DNA of 9,450 bases from Naegleria gruberi (lineage: Eukaryota), in assembly GCA_000004985.1 (NCBI GenBank), contig GG739037.1; one strand, 5' to 3'. The number at the start of each line of letters is the position of its first letter. The first letter of the stretch is position 1. The notes under the pieces were generated by a model, which was not told the origin of the DNA, ran no database searches, and saw nothing but the letters and a program-made list of their open reading frames with translations. Of the stretch, positions 1 through 8,093 are shown piece by piece. Both the position numbers and the translations under genes were made by a program.

Positions 1-1
1 T

Positions 2-628
2 CTCGATTCAGAACTTTACATGAAAATTGTAAAACAAGTTTGGAAAATTCATATTTTAATTGGATTACCAGTGAGTATATTGATGGGTGTGTTCTTTCCA
101 CCTCCTTTCAGTCGCAGCTATCAAGATTTACAAAACGAGTCACTTGTCAGTCAATTAGTCATCATTCCAATATTTATTTTATGTGATGACATTTTCACAT
201 TCATAGTTCACTTTCTATTACACAAAATTCCATATGTTTACAAGTATGTTCATTACCTTCATCATGAAATCAAATACTCAGTCTCAATTGGTTCTCAATA
301 TTTTCATCCAATTGAATTTTTAGTGACAGTGCCAGCTGTCATGAGTGGTCCTTTATTGACACATGCTCATTTATTTTGGTCTTTTGTTTGGACAGTGGTT
401 AAGACATTTGAAGCAATTCATTCTCATTCAGGATTTGATTTTATGAAATATTACAGAACTAGTCCTGTCACCAAGTCAATTTTATTGGATGCCAGTGAGC
501 ATACCTATCATCATACACATTATCAAGATTGCTATGGAGCGTGGTATTGTTTAATTGATAAATTGATTGGAACTAACCTTAATTTTGTGAAATTCACCGA
601 AAAGAAACAATATTCGAAAGATAAATAA
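2..628 (+). CDS. Fatty-acid hydroxylase superfamily membrane oxidase (sterol desaturase / C-4 methylsterol oxidase ERG25/SC4MOL-like); 5'-partial, open to the window edge (first in-window ATG at 20)
   Basis: The translation has the spaced histidine boxes of the non-heme di-iron FA_hydroxylase family: HFLLH (aa 64-68), HYLHHE (aa 78-83), HSHSG (aa 134-138) and HTYHHTHY (aa 161-168). The segment HKIPYVYKYVHYLHHEIKYSVSIGSQYFHPIE closely mirrors the ERG25-type motif LYKxIHKxHHE...P...YAHPxE. The N-terminal part is hydrophobic and TM-like. The frame stays open from nt 2, so upstream exon or N-terminus is probably outside the window. The stop is TAA at 626-628. Confidence 0.8.
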   Translation, partial: LDSELYMKIVKQVWKIHILIGLPVSILMGVFFPPPFSRSYQDLQNESLVSQLVIIPIFILCDDIFTFIVHFLLHKIPYVYKYVHYLHHEIKYSVSIGSQYFHPIEFLVTVPAVMSGPLLTHAHLFWSFVWTVVKTFEAIHSHSGFDFMKYYRTSPVTKSILLDASEHTYHHTHYQDCYGAWYCLIDKLIGTNLNFVKFTEKKQYSKDK

Positions 629-637
629 TCAAAATTA

Positions 638-643
638 AATAAA
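638..643 (+). promoter_or_regulatory. AATAAA poly(A) signal for the hydroxylase gene
   Basis: A canonical aataaa hexamer lies 10 nt downstream of the TAA stop at 626-628. Confidence 0.5.
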
Positions 644-717
644 GAGTTGCTTAATTCGCATGGAATCCTAAATTAATACACATTATAACATAGGACATTA
701 CCTTGGCTTAGCTAAAC

Positions 718-756
718 TTTAAGGTTGAGACTAATGGTAAACCTTAATTTAAGGTT
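718..756 (+). promoter_or_regulatory. Repeat/hairpin element immediately upstream of the 5S gene (tttaaggtt ... aaccttaa ... tttaaggtt), followed by a tttaaaat AT box
   Basis: The 9-mer tttaaggtt occurs at 718-726 and again at 748-756. Its exact reverse complement aaccttaa lies between them at 740-747. This can form an 8-bp stem with a 13-nt loop ending 7-15 nt upstream of the 5S +1. The AT box tttaaaat sits at about -12. Confidence 0.3.
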
Positions 757-762
757 TAAAAT

Positions 763-881
763 GGCTACGGCCATATCACGATGAATGCACCTCATCCCGT
801 CCGATTTGAGAAGTTAAGCTTCGTCGAGCCACATCAGTACTGAGGTTGGAGACAACTTTGGAACCTGTGGTGCTGTAGTCT
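763..881 (+). rRNA. 5S ribosomal RNA gene (single copy, not in a tandem array within this window)
   Basis: The 5' end ggctacggccatatcacg..., the internal tcatcccgtccgat...aagttaagc block (box A / loop region), the gtactgaggttggagacaa box-C-like segment and the 3' end ggtgctgtagtc all match the eukaryotic 5S consensus. The 5' ggctacggc pairs with the 3' gctgtagtc as a 9-bp helix I, including G-U wobbles. Length is about 119 nt. Confidence 0.9.
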
Positions 882-886
882 TTTTT
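881..886 (+). terminator. RNA polymerase III terminator (T6 run) at the 5S 3' end
   Basis: The run tttttt follows helix I directly. Confidence 0.7.
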
Positions 887-1377
887 AATATCAGGAATGT
901 TTTCCATACAATGCGTTGAATGATAATTATTATAATCAACACTTTATAAATTTCAATATAATCATTTAGTCAGTGAAAAACGTTATTGTTGAAACCAATA
1001 TCATTCTCTAACACTGTTGCCAGTAACACCACAATGAAACTACAGTTTCTAATAATTTCTTTTCATATTGTTATTAAGAATGATGGAAGAAAATAGGTAA
1101 ATATGGAATGGAAACAAGATAATTATTGAATAAATCCCAATTGGGTCAATGCTCAACTTGCCAAACTTACTATTTCCTACGTCCATAAAAGTCACAAAGA
1201 GTCAAGACAAGTGACGTTCCTCCATGAAAAGCGCTTCATTTTCATCATAGATCAAACACAAGGTGTTGAGTAAACAAGCCGACCTTGCTTACTAGCTCCA
1301 TTATTTTGAGAATCCACAAGCAGTTTCGAAAAGTAACAACAGAAAAATAGACGAAACCGAAAACTATTCTTGAAGAA

Positions 1378-2403
1378 ATGAATTGGTCAATCGATGAATA
1401 CTATCAACAAATAACAACGCTATGGAATCCTTCTTCACCAAAAATCAACAAACATTGCAAGGAAATTACAACAGAATTACAAAATTTGTGTTTTCAAGTT
1501 TTCAAATTTCCTTCAGATAATTATCACAAGTATGGAATTGCTGATTGTTGTGGATGCGCATGTGGACCGTTTCCACAAGTTTCTTACAAGATTATGAGGA
1601 TATTTGCATTGATTACATTGTACTTGTCAATTGTTGATGACGCTTGTGATTGTTTGAAAGATGTAGACGAAACTATTCGAAAGGAGTTGATCACGCACAT
1701 ACAACTGGTTGAGAAATTTGAAGGTCAAGAAGAGTACTTTTCAAGAACCCACAATCCATCGATTCGTTTAGGTCTCTATGTGATGGACGAATTATTCAAC
1801 TCTTGTTCATTCTTCACACAGTTTCAGATTCGAACATTACAATTCGAAATGGTGAAATATTTCAAAACAAGCTTGGAGATGGCAACTTACTGGGCTGATG
1901 GAAGTCAAATTTCAGTTGAAAAATGTGATCAGTGGCGAAGAATTGATTCTCTAGGTTCGATATATATGGAAATGGCTAAATTACAATTCGATTTTGTGAC
2001 CACTTTGGAAATTGAAAAGTTTCAACGAATTTCCAATGAATGTTTCTTCCTAATTAATGATTTGGCATCTTTTCCTAAAGAATTGAGGGATGGAACTTTG
2101 GTCAACCATGCCATTTGCTTACAAAATGAAACTAAACAATCGACAGAACAGAGTTTCTTGATGACTATTGCTAGATTGTATGATTTTCTTATGGAATTGG
2201 AAAGGATGGAAACTTGTCAAGTAAGAAACTCGATTAAGGAAGCAATGAAAGGTTTTGGAGTTTGGTGTTTAAATTCGAAACGTTACAAACATCCTGAGCA
2301 TTTGATTTCCGAACTGAAAGTGGAACAGATCAGTGAGAAATCATCAGCACCTGTGAATAAGATAAATTACTTGCAAATTTTAAAAGCAAATAATAAATTG
2401 TAA
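1378..2403 (+). CDS. Class I terpene synthase / terpene cyclase, microbial (bacterial/fungal/dictyostelid) type, single exon, 341 aa
   Basis: The aspartate-rich motif DDACD sits at aa 87-91 (LSIVDDACDCLKD). The NSE/DTE metal-binding triad NDLASFPKE sits at aa 227-235, about 140 residues after DDxxD. An RY dimer (NSKRYKHPE, aa 302-303) lies about 70 residues after the NSE motif. A WRR pair (aa 186-188) lies about 40 residues before the NSE motif, in the position of the pyrophosphate-sensor arginine. The length fits the alpha-domain-only microbial TPS fold. The frame is clean from an ATG preceded by an in-frame TAG at 1348, to the TAA stop at 2401-2403. Confidence 0.85.
   Translation: MNWSIDEYYQQITTLWNPSSPKINKHCKEITTELQNLCFQVFKFPSDNYHKYGIADCCGCACGPFPQVSYKIMRIFALITLYLSIVDDACDCLKDVDETIRKELITHIQLVEKFEGQEEYFSRTHNPSIRLGLYVMDELFNSCSFFTQFQIRTLQFEMVKYFKTSLEMATYWADGSQISVEKCDQWRRIDSLGSIYMEMAKLQFDFVTTLEIEKFQRISNECFFLINDLASFPKELRDGTLVNHAICLQNETKQSTEQSFLMTIARLYDFLMELERMETCQVRNSIKEAMKGFGVWCLNSKRYKHPEHLISELKVEQISEKSSAPVNKINYLQILKANNKL
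2392..2397 (+). promoter_or_regulatory. AATAAA hexamer overlapping the last codons of the terpene synthase; possible poly(A) signal
   Basis: An aataaa hexamer lies 4 nt upstream of the TAA stop. No other canonical hexamer occurs in the next ~140 nt. Confidence 0.3.
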
Positions 2404-2547
2404 ACTAATTTATATAACAGGAAAGTACTTGTTTTTGATCTACTTTCCAAAAATGGGGCATTTAAATTTCCTTGACAAAAATAGTCTTTTTCATGAATCG
2501 ATTCAAATTCTTTAAAAACATTTTCGTTTTATTTATTTAATTAGAAA

Positions 2548-2735
2548 ATGACTCGCATTAACAACCAGAAAACAGTTGAAGAAAATACAAGTCAATTAAA
2601 CCACAATCCTTACTTTCAACAAGAAGATTCTAATTACGAAGAGGAAGTTCCAACTCTTATTATTCATTCATCATCTCCTCCTTCTTCAACTCCAACAACT
2701 GTAGCTTTTGATTATTCGAATAGTAGTAAAACAGT
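2548..2735 (+). CDS. 5' fragment of a hypothetical protein (low-complexity S/P/T/Q-rich N-terminus) truncated by the assembly gap
   Basis: An ATG at 2548 opens a frame that runs without stop into the N-run: MTRINNQKTVEENTSQLNHNPYFQQEDSNYEEEVPTLIIHSSSPPSSTPTTVAFDYSNSSKT. The composition resembles other proteins in the window. It cannot be shown to belong to the same gene as the post-gap fragment. Confidence 0.3.
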
Positions 2736-5700
2736 NNNNNNNNNNNNNNNNNNNNNNNNNNNNNNNNNNNNNNNNNNNNNNNNNNNNNNNNNNNNNNNNN
2801 NNNNNNNNNNNNNNNNNNNNNNNNNNNNNNNNNNNNNNNNNNNNNNNNNNNNNNNNNNNNNNNNNNNNNNNNNNNNNNNNNNNNNNNNNNNNNNNNNNNN
2901 NNNNNNNNNNNNNNNNNNNNNNNNNNNNNNNNNNNNNNNNNNNNNNNNNNNNNNNNNNNNNNNNNNNNNNNNNNNNNNNNNNNNNNNNNNNNNNNNNNNN
3001 NNNNNNNNNNNNNNNNNNNNNNNNNNNNNNNNNNNNNNNNNNNNNNNNNNNNNNNNNNNNNNNNNNNNNNNNNNNNNNNNNNNNNNNNNNNNNNNNNNNN
3101 NNNNNNNNNNNNNNNNNNNNNNNNNNNNNNNNNNNNNNNNNNNNNNNNNNNNNNNNNNNNNNNNNNNNNNNNNNNNNNNNNNNNNNNNNNNNNNNNNNNN
3201 NNNNNNNNNNNNNNNNNNNNNNNNNNNNNNNNNNNNNNNNNNNNNNNNNNNNNNNNNNNNNNNNNNNNNNNNNNNNNNNNNNNNNNNNNNNNNNNNNNNN
3301 NNNNNNNNNNNNNNNNNNNNNNNNNNNNNNNNNNNNNNNNNNNNNNNNNNNNNNNNNNNNNNNNNNNNNNNNNNNNNNNNNNNNNNNNNNNNNNNNNNNN
3401 NNNNNNNNNNNNNNNNNNNNNNNNNNNNNNNNNNNNNNNNNNNNNNNNNNNNNNNNNNNNNNNNNNNNNNNNNNNNNNNNNNNNNNNNNNNNNNNNNNNN
3501 NNNNNNNNNNNNNNNNNNNNNNNNNNNNNNNNNNNNNNNNNNNNNNNNNNNNNNNNNNNNNNNNNNNNNNNNNNNNNNNNNNNNNNNNNNNNNNNNNNNN
3601 NNNNNNNNNNNNNNNNNNNNNNNNNNNNNNNNNNNNNNNNNNNNNNNNNNNNNNNNNNNNNNNNNNNNNNNNNNNNNNNNNNNNNNNNNNNNNNNNNNNN
3701 NNNNNNNNNNNNNNNNNNNNNNNNNNNNNNNNNNNNNNNNNNNNNNNNNNNNNNNNNNNNNNNNNNNNNNNNNNNNNNNNNNNNNNNNNNNNNNNNNNNN
3801 NNNNNNNNNNNNNNNNNNNNNNNNNNNNNNNNNNNNNNNNNNNNNNNNNNNNNNNNNNNNNNNNNNNNNNNNNNNNNNNNNNNNNNNNNNNNNNNNNNNN
3901 NNNNNNNNNNNNNNNNNNNNNNNNNNNNNNNNNNNNNNNNNNNNNNNNNNNNNNNNNNNNNNNNNNNNNNNNNNNNNNNNNNNNNNNNNNNNNNNNNNNN
4001 NNNNNNNNNNNNNNNNNNNNNNNNNNNNNNNNNNNNNNNNNNNNNNNNNNNNNNNNNNNNNNNNNNNNNNNNNNNNNNNNNNNNNNNNNNNNNNNNNNNN
4101 NNNNNNNNNNNNNNNNNNNNNNNNNNNNNNNNNNNNNNNNNNNNNNNNNNNNNNNNNNNNNNNNNNNNNNNNNNNNNNNNNNNNNNNNNNNNNNNNNNNN
4201 NNNNNNNNNNNNNNNNNNNNNNNNNNNNNNNNNNNNNNNNNNNNNNNNNNNNNNNNNNNNNNNNNNNNNNNNNNNNNNNNNNNNNNNNNNNNNNNNNNNN
4301 NNNNNNNNNNNNNNNNNNNNNNNNNNNNNNNNNNNNNNNNNNNNNNNNNNNNNNNNNNNNNNNNNNNNNNNNNNNNNNNNNNNNNNNNNNNNNNNNNNNN
4401 NNNNNNNNNNNNNNNNNNNNNNNNNNNNNNNNNNNNNNNNNNNNNNNNNNNNNNNNNNNNNNNNNNNNNNNNNNNNNNNNNNNNNNNNNNNNNNNNNNNN
4501 NNNNNNNNNNNNNNNNNNNNNNNNNNNNNNNNNNNNNNNNNNNNNNNNNNNNNNNNNNNNNNNNNNNNNNNNNNNNNNNNNNNNNNNNNNNNNNNNNNNN
4601 NNNNNNNNNNNNNNNNNNNNNNNNNNNNNNNNNNNNNNNNNNNNNNNNNNNNNNNNNNNNNNNNNNNNNNNNNNNNNNNNNNNNNNNNNNNNNNNNNNNN
4701 NNNNNNNNNNNNNNNNNNNNNNNNNNNNNNNNNNNNNNNNNNNNNNNNNNNNNNNNNNNNNNNNNNNNNNNNNNNNNNNNNNNNNNNNNNNNNNNNNNNN
4801 NNNNNNNNNNNNNNNNNNNNNNNNNNNNNNNNNNNNNNNNNNNNNNNNNNNNNNNNNNNNNNNNNNNNNNNNNNNNNNNNNNNNNNNNNNNNNNNNNNNN
4901 NNNNNNNNNNNNNNNNNNNNNNNNNNNNNNNNNNNNNNNNNNNNNNNNNNNNNNNNNNNNNNNNNNNNNNNNNNNNNNNNNNNNNNNNNNNNNNNNNNNN
5001 NNNNNNNNNNNNNNNNNNNNNNNNNNNNNNNNNNNNNNNNNNNNNNNNNNNNNNNNNNNNNNNNNNNNNNNNNNNNNNNNNNNNNNNNNNNNNNNNNNNN
5101 NNNNNNNNNNNNNNNNNNNNNNNNNNNNNNNNNNNNNNNNNNNNNNNNNNNNNNNNNNNNNNNNNNNNNNNNNNNNNNNNNNNNNNNNNNNNNNNNNNNN
5201 NNNNNNNNNNNNNNNNNNNNNNNNNNNNNNNNNNNNNNNNNNNNNNNNNNNNNNNNNNNNNNNNNNNNNNNNNNNNNNNNNNNNNNNNNNNNNNNNNNNN
5301 NNNNNNNNNNNNNNNNNNNNNNNNNNNNNNNNNNNNNNNNNNNNNNNNNNNNNNNNNNNNNNNNNNNNNNNNNNNNNNNNNNNNNNNNNNNNNNNNNNNN
5401 NNNNNNNNNNNNNNNNNNNNNNNNNNNNNNNNNNNNNNNNNNNNNNNNNNNNNNNNNNNNNNNNNNNNNNNNNNNNNNNNNNNNNNNNNNNNNNNNNNNN
5501 NNNNNNNNNNNNNNNNNNNNNNNNNNNNNNNNNNNNNNNNNNNNNNNNNNNNNNNNNNNNNNNNNNNNNNNNNNNNNNNNNNNNNNNNNNNNNNNNNNNN
5601 NNNNNNNNNNNNNNNNNNNNNNNNNNNNNNNNNNNNNNNNNNNNNNNNNNNNNNNNNNNNNNNNNNNNNNNNNNNNNNNNNNNNNNNNNNNNNNNNNNNN

Positions 5701-6419
5701 NNNNNNNNNNNNNNNNNNNNNNNNNNNNNNNNNNNNNNNNNNNNNNNNNNNNNNNNNNNNNNNNNNNNNNNNNNNNNNNNNNNNNNNNNNNNNNNNNNNN
5801 NNNNNNNNNNNNNNNNNNNNNNNNNNNNNNNNNNNNNNNNNNNNNNNNNNNNNNNNNNNNNNNNNNNNNNNNNNNNNNNNNNNNNNNNNNNNNNNNNNNN
5901 NNNNNNNNNNNNNNNNNNNNNNNNNNNNNNNNNNNNNNNNNNNNNNNNNNNNNNNNNNNNNNNNNNNNNNNNNNNNNNNNNNNNNNNNNNNNNNNNNNNN
6001 NNNNNNNNNNNNNNNNNNNNNNNNNNNNNNNNNNNNNNNNNNNNNNNNNNNNNNNNNNNNNNNNNNNNNNNNNNNNNNNNNNNNNNNNNNNNNNNNNNNN
6101 NNNNNNNNNNNNNNNNNNNNNNNNNNNNNNNNNNNNNNNNNNNNNNNNNNNNNNNNNNNNNNNNNNNNNNNNNNNNNNNNNNNNNNNNNNNNNNNNNNNN
6201 NNNNNNNNNNNNNNNNNNNNNNNNNNNNNNNNNNNNNNNNNNNNNNNNNNNNNNNNNNNNNNNNNNNNNNNNNNNNNNNNNNNNNNNNNNNNNNNNNNNN
6301 NNNNNNNNNNNNNNNNNNNNNNNNNNNNNNNNNNNNNNNNNNNNNNNNNNNNNNNNNNNNNNNNNNNNNNNNNNNNNNNNNNNNNNNNNNNNNNNNNNNN
6401 NNNNNNNNNNNNNNNNNNN
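2736..6419. other. Assembly/scaffold gap: 3,684 consecutive N
   Basis: The sequence shows an uninterrupted n-run from 2736 to 6419. A single n also occurs at 9439. Confidence 0.99.
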
Positions 6420-6420
6420 G

Positions 6421-7056
6421 AGTTCGGAAGGAATATTATTAAAGAATTATGAAATGATATTCTCTCGGGTGTCGAGAACATGGCACGGAGGAGGTGTCTG
6501 TTTTATTAGGAAGAATCAGAAGGGAAATTCTTTTGAAATTTATAATCACAAAGAACATTCAAGCCTTTTCGATGGTGCTAATAATACTCATCAAGAATTT
6601 AACAATCTAGTACTCGGAAGGATACACAAAATATTATATTCACAATTTGTGGATGTTGTTTCACAGGAGAATGGACATGTGGAGTGTCATAGTAAGGGAG
6701 GAAATGCTGTTCAACAAAAATTGGATAATCAATTCAATGAAATTGTAGGAAAATGTTTGGAGCAGGAAGAGAAAACAGGAGTTGCAGAATACAAACTATT
6801 TAATACTTGGTATGGGAATATAGTACTTGTAGGTATCCATCCAGTGGATGGATGTCCAATTATTTCATTCACAACAAGTTGCTTTTCAGATGAGATTGTA
6901 AATAAGGCGCACGTATCCTATCTGAAAACTGTTGGCTCAGGTATTATGGAATGTTTCAATTTGAATATAGCCCAATGTGCAAACTATTTCCTTTCCAAGG
7001 AAGGTGTTAAGGGGTTTTACACACAAGAAGAGTTGGCCAATAGTTTGAATAAATAA
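6421..7056 (+). CDS. 3' fragment (about 212 aa) of a hypothetical protein emerging from the gap; C-terminal globular domain of unrecognised family
   Basis: This 636-nt stop-free frame is the only open frame in the AT-rich stretch and ends at TAA 7054-7056. It is not low-complexity; segments include TWHGGGVCFIRK and GNIVLVGIHPVDGCPIISFTTSCF. AATAAA lies at 7048-7053. The true 5' extent is unknown: the frame is open from the gap, and a possible acceptor ttttattag ends at 6509. Confidence 0.5.
   Translation, partial: SSEGILLKNYEMIFSRVSRTWHGGGVCFIRKNQKGNSFEIYNHKEHSSLFDGANNTHQEFNNLVLGRIHKILYSQFVDVVSQENGHVECHSKGGNAVQQKLDNQFNEIVGKCLEQEEKTGVAEYKLFNTWYGNIVLVGIHPVDGCPIISFTTSCFSDEIVNKAHVSYLKTVGSGIMECFNLNIAQCANYFLSKEGVKGFYTQEELANSLNK
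7048..7053 (+). promoter_or_regulatory. AATAAA poly(A) signal overlapping the stop of the post-gap gene
   Basis: The hexamer aataaa sits immediately before and overlapping the TAA stop at 7054-7056. Confidence 0.4.
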
Positions 7057-7070
7057 GAGAGGGTGAACGG

Positions 7071-7076
7071 TTTATT
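7071..7076 (-). promoter_or_regulatory. AATAAA poly(A) signal (minus strand) for the convergent Ser/Pro-rich gene
   Basis: The plus-strand tttatt equals minus-strand aataaa. It lies about 115 nt downstream of the minus-strand TAG stop at 7191-7193. Confidence 0.3.
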
Positions 7077-7190
7077 ACAGAATTCAGTGATGATCATTTA
7101 GTATACAAGCAGTTAGGATGGGGATGGAATCTATTATTTACATTGGATGAATTATTATGGTACATTTGTGTGACTATTTTACATACGTCA

Positions 7191-8093
7191 CTATTTTACA
7201 AAGGCTGATTCTCTAGAAATCTTTTTCAAAGCCTTATCTTTGGATGTTTTATCGAGTTTGGAGAGTAGAACTTCTTGGATTGTTGGCGATAAGTGCTCAT
7301 AAGCATGAGGTTCTTCAGGTGTTGAGACATGTATTAATGGAACAGTATTTCTGTTAATTCCAATACACAAAGGAGGCAAATTGCTGCTAGCCATCATATT
7401 AGAAGATGAGGATGAGAAGAGAGAGAGAAGCAGCGGAGAGCTAGGTGAGCTAGGACTACTTGGACCAACAATAGAATAAGGATTGGCCACCACAGCAGAA
7501 CTACCACCATTATTACTGAATGATGAGCTTCTGGAAATGCTACTTTTTGGAACAGAGCCTAATGTTGATGATCTACCTCTGCTGATTCCATCATTTTTAT
7601 CTGTACGAAGGGCATGCATACTACTTGACTTTGGTAAGGCAACTTCAGCATTGACAGGAATAATTCTATTCTTCTTCAATTCCTTGCACGAGTTTACCAT
7701 TCGTTGCTCCTTGTACAATGATTGGCTTCTCTTTTTGGATGGACTAAAGACTGGAGGTGCTGATTGAGGGCTCCCGAAACTCATAACACTAGTCGTGTCA
7801 CTATTGTTTGAGAGAGAATCAGAGCGTTTTGGAGGTGTTCCCACAACAAAACCAAAGACCAAACTTGATAGCTCTGGACTTTCATAGTCAATCACCAGAG
7901 AGGACCTTCTACTGCTATTGGTCTTCTTTGGAGAGGATGATATTGTTTCATTAATGATTGTTGCTGGCAGAATTTTAGTTGGAGAGGATGGTTGCACTCT
8001 GTATTGTTGTTGTTTTGGCTGTGGTTGAGGAGAGCACAAGGATGGTGGTACCTTCTTTGATAGAGTTATGTTGGTTGGTTGTGAGTTCCCCAT
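7191..8093 (-). CDS. Hypothetical Ser/Pro-rich low-complexity (predicted intrinsically disordered) protein, 300 aa
   Basis: A 903-nt uninterrupted ORF lies on the minus strand in AT-rich DNA. Codon third positions are balanced, unlike random AT-rich sequence. Repeats include SSPSSPSSP, QPQPKQQQ and many S/T-rich runs. The non-repetitive C-terminal tail is EEPHAYEHLSPTIQEVLLSKLDKTSKDKALKKISRESAFVK. The stop is TAG. An upstream exon cannot be excluded. Confidence 0.45.
   Translation of the reverse strand: MGNSQPTNITLSKKVPPSLCSPQPQPKQQQYRVQPSSPTKILPATIINETISSSPKKTNSSRRSSLVIDYESPELSSLVFGFVVGTPPKRSDSLSNNSDTTSVMSFGSPQSAPPVFSPSKKRSQSLYKEQRMVNSCKELKKNRIIPVNAEVALPKSSSMHALRTDKNDGISRGRSSTLGSVPKSSISRSSSFSNNGGSSAVVANPYSIVGPSSPSSPSSPLLLSLFSSSSSNMMASSNLPPLCIGINRNTVPLIHVSTPEEPHAYEHLSPTIQEVLLSKLDKTSKDKALKKISRESAFVK

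Noticed and set aside
1083-1096. ATGGAAGAAAATAG followed by gtaaat, a possible upstream mini-exon for the terpene synthase.
   Set aside because: No downstream acceptor joins it in frame to the 1378 ORF. An in-frame TAG lies at 1348, and the cleaner model is a single-exon gene starting at 1378.
1960-1975. ggttcga, a tRNA T-arm-like GGTTCGA motif.
   Set aside because: It lies inside the terpene synthase CDS. It has no flanking acceptor-stem complementarity and is not followed by the ATCC T-loop continuation. It is not a tRNA.
2660-6481. A 1273-aa minus-strand ORF and a 1244-aa plus-strand ORF (2708-6442) from the ORF track.
   Set aside because: They consist almost entirely of X translated from the N-run. 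They are artefacts of the assembly gap, not genes.
7483-7767. A 94-aa plus-strand ORF antisense to the Ser/Pro-rich gene.
   Set aside because: It is embedded in the opposite-strand 300-aa ORF and has no motifs. It is a typical shadow ORF produced by stop-poor antisense of S/P-rich coding sequence.
8075-8093. The MGNSQP... N-terminus as a possible N-myristoylation signal on the Ser/Pro-rich protein.
   Set aside because: Gly2 is present, but position 6 is Pro rather than the small Ser/Thr/Ala/Gly the NMT consensus requires. Myristoylation is unlikely.
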